Source of the DNA: Thalia democratica
Lineage: Eukaryota
DNA length: 64,000 bases
Direction of reading: 5' to 3'
Assembly (NCBI GenBank): GCA_965202585.1
Contig: OZ241831.1
Span: forward strand, 48,732,001 to 48,796,000
The notes beneath the pieces are model-generated. The model saw only the letters and a list, made by a program, of their open reading frames with translations, had not been told where the DNA came from and made no database searches. Below are positions 1 to 12,086 of this stretch, piece by piece. How positions within the stretch are numbered: position 1 is the stretch's first letter; every line of letters starts with the position of its first letter. The position numbers and the translations under genes were made by a program.

Positions 1-727
1 TAAATAAATATTAATTTTTATCAGATATTCGCATACCTGAGCTTTATAGTATCAGTAATATGGATATACTCGATATTTAATAAATAAATTTATCAGTTAT
101 TCGCATACCTTAGCTTTATAATATCAGTAATATTGGTTTACTCGATAAATAATGAATAAATTTTTATCAGATATTCGCATACCTGAGCTTTATAGTATCA
201 GTAATATGGATATACTCGATAAAAATAATTAAACATTAATTTGTATAATATATTCTCTTACTTCATAATATCAGTAATATAGATTTACTCGATAAATAAT
301 AAATAAATGTATCAGATATTCGCATACCTGAGCTTTATAGTATCAGTAATATGGATATACTCGATAAATAATAAATAAATTTATCAGATATTCGCATAAC
401 TGAGCTTTATAGTATCAGTAATATGGATATACTCGATAAATAATAAATAAATTTATCAGATATTCGCATAACTGAGCTTTATAGTATCAGTAATATGGAT
501 TTACTCGATAAATAATAAATAAATTACTATCAGATATTCGCATACCTGAGCTTTATAGTATCAGTAATATGGATATACTCGATAAATAATAAATAAATTT
601 ATCAGATATTCGCATAACTGAGCTTTATAGTATCAGTAATATGGATTTACTCGATAAATAATAAATAAATTTATCAGATATTCGCATACCTGAGCTTTAT
701 AGTATCAGTAATATGGATTTACTCGAT
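1..727 (+). repeat. 72-bp tandem array (about 10 copies, cut by window start); unit = SLC8B1 intron tail + AG + first ~50 nt of exon
   Basis: TCGATA anchors at 361, 433, 505, 579, 651, 723 (period 72, one 74). The last unit runs directly into the coding exon at 678. Confidence 0.95.
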
Positions 728-2676
728 AGCGAATGAGATGGTCAACATTATCCAAACGATCGGCGTTTTTTTAAACGTCACCAACGTCATAATGGGTCTG
801 ACTTTTCTCGCGTGGGGCAACTCTATTGGTGAGAAAAATATGATCATCTGGTAGTTATTATGCTCTTTTAGTATGCGAAAATAATGTGACTGATGATATA
901 ACTATATGTTAAATTAATTTGTACTCCTTTTAAATTTTGTTTAAACTAAACTATTCAATAAAAAAACGTTTGGCTTTGCAAATGTTTAAATATTTTTTCT
1001 AATATATGTTAAACCAAAAACACAGTGTGTGTGAGAAAACTGTAAACAGGCCAAATAAATTTGCAGCCTTTTACAAATAAAACAGTCTATTTCTTATAAT
1101 GTTTTTAAGATCTTTTTTCAATCATTAATTTGTCTTAGGGATCTTTTTCCAATGTAGGTGTTTGTTTTCTTTAAATATTTTCAAAATTTGTGAAAAGAAG
1201 CGCATCACTAAATAAAATGATCGTAACAAATTTAAACATTATAACCGTCAGGTGACGCTGTGAGCGACATCACTTTGGCAAAACAAGGACTTCCTAGGAT
1301 GAGCTTCAGCGCTTGTTTCGGAGGACCATTGTTCAGTGAGTGCAGTGCATTGTAGTTTTTTATTACTGTGTTATTTTCTTCTTGAATATTTTAGTCGATA
1401 ATTGTGTATAATAATATTGTTGAATTTTTTCACACTTAACTTGTTATGGGAACTTTAAATAAATTTAGTTTGTTCAAATAATGTACGTAGTAATTAATAG
1501 TTTTTAAGTTTGGTGTCGAGCATACTTCGTTCTGTTAGATTAAAGAATTTAAAGTGTTTATGAAGTTTAATTTTTTAATTTTGAAATATAGAAGTAATTG
1601 TTTTTCATGAATACTTGCTTTAGATATTCATCTTTATGTTTTGAAACTTATTTTAATTAAAGTTTATTTTTAGTTTTAAGTTTTTATAGATTATAGATAA
1701 GGCAAATTTGTGTCCAAATTTTATAATCAGTTTCTTTGTTAACTATGTCCAGGGTTGCCACTCACTCAGGGAATTCAGGGAATTTTAAAAATATAGAAGA
1801 TCTCAGGGAAACTCAGGACAGTTTTAATTTTTTCTAAAAATTTCCGGGAAGTTTTAAGATTTTTTAAAAAATCTCAGGGAAAATTTTTTGTAGATCTAGA
1901 ATGATATTTAGTTGATCCGGTTCAATATTTTGTTCAAAAAAGTTAACTTTTATTTAATTTTTAAGTGCTTATTTAGAATATTTTTGGCCTTGTGGCTAGT
2001 TCTTCTATATTTTTAGAATTGACATTTTAATTTTTTAATAAATAATAAAGTTTTTATAAATTAAAAAAAAAAAATTTGGGAAACTCAGGGAAGTTTCTGA
2101 TCACTCAGGAAATATTTTTTGACTCAAAGAGTAGCAACCCTGTATGTCTTTTAAATGTTTAATTGTGTTGTTAATTAACTAAATCAAATAAAGTGTACAC
2201 TTTTAGATTTTAAAATATTTAATTTGTTATGAAATATGCCCTAGCTATAAACAAAATTTAACTTGGTTTGACTAAGCACAAAAAAGTAATGAATTAGTTT
2301 GAAGTTTACCTTTCAAATAACTATTATATTAAACATTTAATTTAATCAGATATTCTCTGCGGAATCGGTTTATCTTGTACGATATCAATATTGAAAAACG
2401 GGAGACCTGTGATTGTTAGTTTGGATTTTGTTTATTTTTAGTTCTTAAAATATTTTGTAATTTTTAATTTAACTAAACCACTTTCAGATAAACTTCACGA
2501 GTGAGATAGCTGTTATATGCGGCGGGTTGTTGTTGAGCTTGTGTACGTCACTGGTTGTCATACCAACCAGAAAGTTCACCATGACAACCAACTACGGCTA
2601 CTTCTTAGTTGCTCTCTACTGCCTGTTCCTTGTAGTGGCCATTTTGACTGCAGTTGGGGTCATCAATATTGTATGA
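678..2676 (+). CDS. SLC8B1: 3' part of mitochondrial Na(Li)/Ca exchanger NCLX (SLC8B1/NCKX6-like); exons 678-828, 1252-1335, 2350-2414, 2488-2676
   Basis: Spliced translation IFAYLSFIVSVIWIYSIANEMVNIIQTIGVFLNVTNVIMGLTFLAWGNSIG-DAVSDITLAKQGLPRMSFSACFGGPLFN-ILCGIGLSC...LFLVVAILTAVGVINIV*. It contains the alpha-2 repeat signature GLT(F/L)LAWGNSIGD and SACFGG of CCX/NCLX exchangers. All introns are GT-AG with consistent phases. The 5' part lies outside the window. Confidence 0.9.
1750..2142. mobile_element. MITE with CAGGGTTGCCAC-type TIRs and 6-bp TSD (TATGTC), in SLC8B1 intron
   Basis: Starts CAGGGTTGCCAC and ends GTAGCAACCCTG. TATGTC at 1744-1749 and 2143-2148. Subterminal CTCAGGG(AA) repeats. 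Confidence 0.85.
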
Positions 2677-5600
2677 AAGAAAGTTTGAAAATTTTGGGAT
2701 GCAAATACTCTTTTATTTTACTAAAATCTGTGAAATGTTTTTTTTTTTGTTTAAAAAAGCTACAAGTTTTCGCAAACTATTAAGTTTAGAACATTTTTGC
2801 TTGTTTATTATTTATAGAGAGTGTCAAATTTATTACTGTTGTTTGGAACTGACATTTTGTAATGATTTAAATGAAAATTCTGATAATTGTTTTAGATGAA
2901 CGAAAAGTTTTTGCTCTTTTTTTAACTTTTTTAATACTTTAAAACATTGTTTTTGAGTACTTTTCATTCAGAGTGTATTTATATTATTAAAACATCTAAT
3001 CCTCTTAATTTTAAGGAAGACTGTTCTTAAAAGAAAACAGCATTATATCTTAATATTTTTTATCATATACTGTAAAATTACGCTTCTATTTACGAGGTTC
3101 TCTTTATTTTGATAAAATATAAAAACAGTTTAAATACCTCAATTTAAAGAATTATTGTTTTTATTGCAAAGTCATTTATTTTTCAAATCATGGTAATCTT
3201 CACAAGTGCTTCATATTTCTGATTTTTTTTTATTTTATTTGAATTAGTATATAATCATTTTTTTTTTTAAGTTTTTAGTTTAATGACGTTTTTAAAGAGT
3301 TTATTTTAAATTTCCTTGACAAATTTATGGTATGATTTTTTATTTTATACCTATAATTTCATAACTCAAAACAAAGTTAAATAAAAACTGCCGAAAATAT
3401 ATAATTCCTTTGTAATATTTTAAGGTAATGTTATAAAAATGTTTTAGAAGATAATCGTACTATTTAACAGAAAAACGTTTTAAATTGCCAATTTGTTTTA
3501 CATAGTTTTTGCCTTTTTAGAAATATAAATTGCAAGCTAAATGTTGTGCTTATATTGCTTTATAATGTTCAATCATTCGTTTAACTATGACACTGATTAA
3601 ATTTTATATAATCATTTGACATTTTTTATGTAAATAATTTGCTTTTAATTATATTTTATGTAGCTAATTTTGTTTGATTTTTTGAACAAGCTGTTGATTT
3701 TCGTGTTTATAAATTACAATATTTTTTTAAACTTAATAAAAAAAAGTTTACTTAATTTTTATCTTTTTTAAAATTTAATGATCTTAGGTTTATTATTGCA
3801 ATGTATTCATGTACATCAAAAAAATACTTTATAAAGTTTTTTTTATGTCAATTTCGGTTTTTTAAATAGTGGCAACTGTAAGAAAAACAGCATTTTTAAA
3901 ACGTGCTTAAATTTATATCTTTTAGTTTTTTTTTCTGTTGAACTTTTGACTATTTTTGTGAAATTCTGTTGTTCCATGTTTAGTCTATGCATTCATAAAA
4001 ACATTTTTCTACAATGAAATATATTTGTATTAGCCTTTGATGGCTCGATGTAATACTTTTTGATATTTAAAAAACGAATAATGAAGTAGAAATAATTCGT
4101 TTGATAAGTAAAAATAACCTTACTCAATTTTTTTGGAAAATATTTACAAAATTTTTAAACTTTTTAATTATGACCAAGCTTATCTAACACGAAAAAAATA
4201 CTCATAAATGTGGTCAATGGGACCTGGTGTATAGAAAAACATTTTAGTCACTATGAAATCATTTAGATTTGTTATCTCTAAAGTTGCCTTGTTTAAACAC
4301 GAATTCAATAAAAGCCACAAGCTAAAAGTTGAGTTATTGAAAGATTGTATTTTTTTAGTTTAATTTATTAAATACCAAGTAATATTTTGTATAAAAACAT
4401 TCAAGTATTTATTAAGCTTTCAGAACTATCTTTTATCGCAATCCTGGGCTGGATTATTACATTAATAATAATATATACAAAAGTTAAGTAACATAATAAT
4501 TTCATCATACTCTATTTTCAATATACTAATAACTATTCTTTGCATGTTTTTCACATATGAAAGAAAAGAAAAACAACTAATTTTGATACAAAATAAAAAG
4601 ATTCTTTTACCAGGCAGTAAAAAGTATCTAGTTGTTGATTAAACTGTTTAGCTGTTTAAAATCTGGTTATATGTTGAATGGAAAAATATAGGTGAAGACT
4701 AAAGGTGGATATATTAACAATAACTAGCTTGCTAAAACTTGAATAAAGATAATTAGTAAAAAGATCTGAAAAGTTTCAGTTATGTAATATTTGTTAAACT
4801 TGTATGCAGTGTTAGTAGACATTAACTGTTGGTTAAAACTTTAAAACAGAAGGAATTATATATTAAAACAAAAATAAATAGTTATCCAACTCATATATTT
4901 AAGTATTTTTATAGTGTATTTTAACTATTGGTAAAAAGTTGTAAGGTAAAAACAAGTATTATAATTATCTATATGTTATTAGAATAAATACTAGATAAAA
5001 CGTGAATGAAAATTTTATTAGTTTTAAATGATTTTGTTATATTTTAAAAATTGAATAATACCTATAAAAAGTATAATAGGATTATTTAATATTTAAATAA
5101 CAAAATTATATTAAGTTAAATAATTAAAGAAAATATTGAAGTATTACTATACAGGTGTCTTAGTCAAGTAGTTAACATGGTCATTAGTAAACTACAAAAA
5201 TCAAAACTTTAAACAGTTGTTAAAGCAAATGTTACAAAGAAAGAATGAAGCTAAAATGTGTGTTAGAATTTAAAAAGCTAAATTAATAAAGTCCCATTTT
5301 AAATATTTTATATGTAATTAATTACAACTTACTTCCTTTAATTTATTTTCAAAAAGTAGTTCATTGTAGTTAACACTAATGACTTGGCATTGAATATTTT
5401 AAAATAGAGTTTCAGTATCTAGTTCGTAAACGGTTAAATAACTTGTTTACATATACATACCAGCTATCTTAAGTCGATTGAAAATATAATTTAAGTCAGC
5501 GCAGGGATCCAGTACCAAAAGACTTGTAGTACAAACAACTTGATTTGAGTGTAAAATGAAATACTCAAAGTCTTAGATGCATATAAATAAGATAAAAGTT

Positions 5601-7759
5601 TCTTACTAAAAGATAACTTATTTGAAACAAAAGCTGTTAATATCTAAAAAATACCAAACGTGTCTTACAATTGAGCAATCAGTTTCTTAAAAATAGCCTC
5701 TCGTAGAGTTAATGTTAGCTAAATTAAGTGTTTTAAGAACTTAAAAATATGTACCACTCTAAAATAAGTAATTTTGTATTTTTTCTGCTTCCTACTTTAA
5801 TTACCAATCTCTCAATAACTTTTTAGTACAACAAAAATAATATATGTTTATAATATTTCTAAAAGAACTTTTTTTTTATTGTTACTCCTAGCTTTACACA
5901 AAATCAGTGCTAAAATGTTTACTTTTATTAAGAGAGTTTGACAAAAAATTACTAGAAAGCTTCACACTTCAGTAGCTCATACAAATATAATTTAAAAAAA
6001 AGTTTTATTGTATTCAGCGCTTTACAAATGTTTGTCGCTTACGCGATGGTCACAAGCAAATCAGTTAACAAGTAACAGTGGATAAACACTTCATATAGTT
6101 TTACCTTCGAAATTATGGTATTTAAAATATTAATAAAACTTAATTAGTTTTATTCTTGTATTTCCCATAGAATTATCTTGATCATACGATAGTGATGTGT
6201 TAAAACAACTATTTTTCAAAGTCTTTTTAAATGCAACTTTTATTTTATCAAAAACTTCTCAGGTTTAGAAAAAGATGATAATATATTTTGGATCATAGAT
6301 AGAATTTAGACATGGATGATTAAAACGGAATATCATACAGATGTTTATAATATTCTCTTTTCTATATGAAAGATATTTGTCGTTTTCCAAGTCTATGGTT
6401 ATATCTAAAAAATCCACTCTTTGTTGACTAAAATGTTTACAACTACTAAGTTATTGGTTGTTAAACATATGACAAAATTTTATTCACTTCTAAGTCTTCT
6501 TCTTTTTAAAGGATGAAAGTGAATGAAATTTAAAAATAACAAAACGAATACTAAATGTTGAAAACATGTTTGAACACAAACTGATTTTTTTTCTAACCTA
6601 AAAATTACTTTTCAAAAGTTGAATTAAAGTTTTACTTTTCAAACACAGATAAAGTACATAACTAGTTTACAACATATCAAAAATAAATATATTTTTATTA
6701 AGATGTAGTAGACATATAAATTAAAGTTTTCTTAAAATATTAAAACTACTACTGTTTTAATGATACTAACATTTTATTTTTATATTTTAAAGCGGATGTT
6801 GTAAACTGTTTTACGCAGATTTCGTGACGTGCTTCCAGTATTAAAAAACAAAAGCATTTTTTATTGTTAGGAGTTACATTTGTTTCAGTGCTTATAAAAC
6901 GGAATTTTACTTGCAGTAGCAGTTTCGGCAGAGCATTCGGCAGTTATTAGTGTGCTTTAAGTTAAAATACATTTTAAACACGTTAGATTTAAGAACTAAT
7001 GTTTTCATGTGTTTTTAACTTTAGTTTTCGTATAGAGTGATGTAATTGTATCTTTGTGTTGTTTAGTTTATGAAAATAAAATATAAGTGTTGTTTTGATT
7101 GTTGTACTAATATACTTTACTAATCCCTACTACCCCATAATAAAATCTGTGTAACGGGATACTGTTATTAAAATAAAAATAACTACAAAGTTTTGTTTAA
7201 ATGATATCTAAAATTTATCTTTATTTTATTTATATATCAAGCAACCAACATATAATGATTGTAAATACGTGTGATTTCAGTCGGAAAATATTTGAGTCTT
7301 TAAAGAACATCAGTATGTTGAGCAATTATAGGTTGACTGTAAAAACAAAATAAGATATCATAACACTTTTTCAATATATAAAGACGTTCAAAAACTCTCA
7401 ACACTGATACGTAGTTATGAACTAATTTGTCAATTTACTTAGTTTGTTGTAAGATAAAACCCCAAACAGGCACTGAGTTTTACAAACGAAGTTATACTTG
7501 CAAAATGTTCGTATTAAATAAAACAATGGGAACAAACTCTTCTTTTAAACTTGACAGCTTTTATAAGCGGTTATCGATAAACAGTAGTGAACCAATGCAA
7601 ATAAATAGTGAAAACATCAGTTTGTGTTCTCTTATACTCAACAAGAAACATTTTGCGAATATGGAGCAAGCAAGTTTCATTGTGCGTAATTTGACCTACT
7701 CTTTTGTTATTAACACTTAAGTATTATAAAATAAATAAAAAAACACGTAAAAGCACTTG

Positions 7760-7850
7760 ATGGTCCAAAGACCTGGTGTACGAACAAACTTTTCGGTCAT
7801 CGAGTCGTACACAACTTGGATACGGTTTAACGTCATTGTCCAGGACACTT
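7760..7850 (-). repeat. Short interspersed repeat (SINE-like), copy
   Basis: The motif GTCCTGGACAA-GACGTTAAA...CTCGATGACC recurs, diverged, near 4210, 8160-8270, 38325-38430, 48390-48465 and 60795-60870. No intact A/B box was seen. Confidence 0.5.
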
Positions 7851-8159
7851 AATCATTATAAAGTAAACAAAAATATGTAAAAACCCTTAAAGGCTTATAG
7901 TTTGGAAAACACCTACCAAAACACCAAAATTAGAATGAACATTAAAGACTACAAAGAGTGAGAAAATCCTCAAGCAATCGATTACGGAAGCTACAACTAA
8001 AAAATACACCAACATTGTGTGATCATTGTCACAACCTCTGTTACAAATCAAACTAGATTACTAAATTTTAAATCTTAAAAAAATACTGACAACAATGCAC
8101 TTAACCTATAAATATTAACAAAGATGCAACATTTTAAGCAGTGAAAGTATAAACGATTT

Positions 8160-8270
8160 ACTGTTTATTGAACGACAAAAAAAGCGCTCGAAAAATTGGT
8201 TTAACGTTAAAAACATTTCGGTTATCAATTCGTACACCATGGATACAGTTTGAATTTTTGTCCAGGATAG
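8160..8270 (-). repeat. SINE-like repeat copy with 3' tail TTTTGAGCGCTTTTTTTGTCGTTCAATAAA
   Basis: The same tail occurs on + near 37015, 38400-38428 and 38768-38803. Confidence 0.5.
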
Positions 8271-8423
8271 TGAATAAAACTATTAAAAAGTTTTATAATA
8301 AAACACAACTGTTTAAGAAAATATGTATAAAAACTCGTTTATGATCTTAAAATACTACAGATAGAAAAATCACATTGTTTAAACAACCATCATAATATTT
8401 AATTATAAAAATTAAAACTTTAT

Positions 8424-10067
8424 CATGATTGCCACTGATCAAGCTGAGAAAAATTTCCTGACTTTTCCTGACTTTTTACCAAAATTTTCCTGACTTTTTT
8501 TAATCAAACTCTAAAATTAAACTCATTCTAAAATACATAATCTAACACTGGAAACTATATAAAGCTTTCAATCTAATTTTAATACAGGTTAAAAACAACA
8601 GTCTTTTGCTGAATTCTATCATCAAACTTCCAGTACATCACTTAAACCATCTGTGTATGATTAATGTTTGTAATAAACAGCTCTATCAGCAAAATACTTG
8701 TATTATTACCTTAAAACACAGCTTGTCTGAAAAAACGCACAATTTTTTAGTTTTTCTAGCATAAATGTATCTAGATAAAAAAACGACATATAAGCAACTT
8801 TTACAATTAAAACCTTGAATTAATAACGAACTTTCACAACTAAAATTTTAAAACAATAACAAATTTTTGCAGTTAAAACCTTAAAACAATAAAGAACACA
8901 TTTTTTTAGTATTTCCTAGCATAAATGTATCTAGATAAACAAACGACATATAGGGAACTTTTACAATTAAAACCTTAAATCAATAAGGAACTTTCACAAC
9001 TCAAACATTAAAACAATAACGAACTTTTACAGTTAAAACATTAAAACAATAAAAAAATTAATTGAATACTGTCTTTTTAAATGTATGTACTAATTTTTTT
9101 TTGTTTTTTATTAGCACTTTAACCTCTTCATCTAATGAAGATATGGTTTCCTTCATCTGAACTGCATTCCGCTTCATTTTCTTGGCAGTTAAAATTATTT
9201 GCCTCATTTTATTTAAATCGCTCTCATCTGCTGCCCCTACACTTGTTGAAGAGAATACTTTCTCTAAATCAAGCCACAACTTGTGGGCTTCATTTCTTTT
9301 CTTTTGGCACTCGTTTATTTTTCCTTTCATTTATAAAATATTTCCTCTTATCATCTAGTATAAAATTTGTGACGAAAAAATTTACTCTTAATTACTTTAA
9401 AAACTTAAGTTACTCTACAAAAAATACAAATAAACTTAATCTTGGCATATACCTCTCTTATAACTTATTTTATAAATTTAAGCAACTTTGAAAAAATTAT
9501 AAAGAGGTAATGTATACACATTAACTTGTTACATAAAATACTAAACTAACTGCTTAGTTATAAAGAACCCAATTAATTACTTAAACAAAAAACACTTTAA
9601 TTAAAATTATGCTAGATAAACTTTTTGTATGTATCACAGTTTCACTATGGAAGTGTCCTTACTACAGATCATCAATACTAAAAAGCTTACAAAATCTGCT
9701 TGTTCAAAAAAGGTACAAGTAGGTCTTTTGTTCAATATGTTAATAGAAAGTTTTTGCAGTTTTGTATAGGATATTCTACTAATTTATACCAGATGAAGGC
9801 ATTGGAAATAAAATTAAATAATTTTGTAAATTTCTAGGATAATTTTTGAATTTTTTTCTGACTTTAAAGGACTTTTTATTAATTAAACTAAGGTTTTGAA
9901 GGCTTTGGAAAACAATGAAATTTTGTAAATTTAAACTGACAAAATCTGACTTTTTTTTAAATTTTATCAAATTTCCTGACTTTTTTTCAAAACCCCCCAT
10001 TTTTTCCTGACTTTTGTCATTCTTTTTTATTTATTTTTTGACTTTTCCTGACCGAGTGGTAACCCTG
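8424..10067. mobile_element. 1.6-kb non-autonomous DNA transposon, CA(G/T)GGTTGCCAC-type TIRs, 6-bp TSD CTTTAT
   Basis: Starts CATGATTGCCAC and ends GTGGTAACCCTG. CTTTAT at 8418-8423 and 10068-10073. Subterminal TTTTCCTGAC repeats. Collinear with the copy at 35295-36343. Internal ~170-bp tandem duplication at about 8750-9055. Confidence 0.9.
9058..9330 (-). pseudogene. Coiled-coil-like ORF remnant inside the 6-bp-TSD transposon
   Basis: 90-aa ORF. The homologous segment at about 35800-36025 is disrupted. No catalytic transposase motif was recognised. Confidence 0.45.
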
Positions 10068-12086
10068 CTTTATGCATTGTATCTATTTAATACAAATTTA
10101 AAGCTATCTTCCAAGTGTGTTATGCGAATAAGTAGATCAAACAAACGTTAATCAACTGTAGTCAGTCTACCATCCAGTTAAATCATAGTCAACTTGCAAT
10201 TAAAACACTTACTTTAATTCCAGCAGAACAGTCTTTCAGAACAATGGGTGCCTTTTGAGTCAGGGCAGGCGCGGAACAATCATTTATATATTTTTAATCA
10301 TACGATTGGCTTGAATTAACAGTCACCACCTCAACAAACATACAATGCAGAATAAAATAAACTGTAGTACGTCTTTTAAAAATGTTCGCACCCAAAAAAC
10401 AAACTCAGCTTAGACAAAACAACTCAATAATTTTTTTATTTAAAAGATCTTAAATAGATCTTCCAATATAGCTCGTCATTCAAAACTATATACAAACGCT
10501 TTTATTTTGCTCAACATTTAGAAACACGTTCGTCATTACACTAAAATCCACTTTTTTTACTAAGGTTCAAATAGTTTTTGAGTTGTTGTGAACTAAATTT
10601 TTCAAGTTACTTTTACCATCATAAACTTTCTGGTTTGACCTTAAAGAACTAAAAAAAAATTTAATAATTTCATTTAATATGGCTGTAAGAAGTTTTAAAA
10701 CTTAATAAAGTATGTCTATTTTCAGTTTTAATTAATTTTTTCTATCAATAAATATCTTTATAGTGTTATAATCTGATTAATTAAGACGTTCAAATACATT
10801 TTTTATTATTTTATAATTTCAAAATACTTATAGAGATATGATCTCTTAAATATTTTTAAGAATTTGAATCGTCAATTAACTATGTTTTAAAATAAACATT
10901 CGAACTTTTTCTGTTACAATACTTTACATGGTTTATACTCATACATATATATACGATTTAAGATATTATTATACTTTATGTTGCTTAAATAAAAACTATT
11001 TATTTTAAGATACACGTTTTATAAAACCATCTGAATTATAGTGCCAAGCTTAAATTTTGGTGCAAAATTTTTTTTGATAATGCTGTCTTGGAGAGTTTTA
11101 ACGTTTTATGAAAAAGATTTGTAAGCAGTTTATATTATCGTTACTTTCGTGGTATAATGAAAAACTTGTAGATAAAACTCCTTAGACTTGGTACATACAT
11201 CTAAAATGATAATAATACTTCTCTAGTTGAGATTTAATGCTTTTAAAAAAACATATTTGGCTTATCAAGTTCCAGAGACATTTTTAATTATAATTAGAAA
11301 CAGTATTTATAAACTTAAAATCAATTGATTAAAATTAGGGAGCAATGTCGTTTTTTTCATAACATTTTTGGCAATTCTGTTGTACAAAAACACTTGTCTT
11401 TTAACATGTTATTTTATATTTCTTTAAACTAAATAACTTAAGTTTCATCCTTAAATTATGAATAACCTGTAAATTAAGTTTATTAATAATTTAAAATAGC
11501 TTAACTTTAAAACTAAGCTTAGTACTTTTCCTCACAGAGTATATAATTAACATTGAAACTTACATACATAAAAAACACAAACCAGAAATTGATATACTTT
11601 TTTTGTACATTAATATTTACACTTTTCAAAAAGAATAAATACAATCAAAAAGCAACAATGAAATAAATTAAAAAACTGTTTTCGTTATGTCTCTGTTATA
11701 TATTATGTATTATGTGCAAAAAAAGCATGAACAAAGATTAACATAATTGAAGCTATTTATTAAAAACTGAAAAAAAAACCTGAAATTCATTTTGGTATTC
11801 TACAGTCATTTAAAAAATAATATTTCTTGATGTTCAACTATAAAACTTTAGAATGTTCTTATAAAATGACCTGAGCAACCGATGAAAGCCAAAATCTACC
11901 ATCTAAATTAAAAAAACTTAAAACAGCTCAACCGAATCAAACAATTCAAGCAAACTAATTAAAACGTATTAAAATTCGTAAACCAAACAATATATTGACG
12001 AAACTTTCAAACAATACAAAAAACTACATCTCTTGGCAAACCGTGTAAATTTTCTTCAAGAAATTAAACTTTTACCAAACAACAAA

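Noticed and set aside
1-727. CRISPR-like array
   Set aside because: The units are contiguous near-identical repeats without unique spacers, in a spliced eukaryotic gene with no cas genes.
2517-2899. ORFs 2517-2783 and 2654-2899
   Set aside because: They are off-frame overlaps of the SLC8B1 last exon and 3' UTR.
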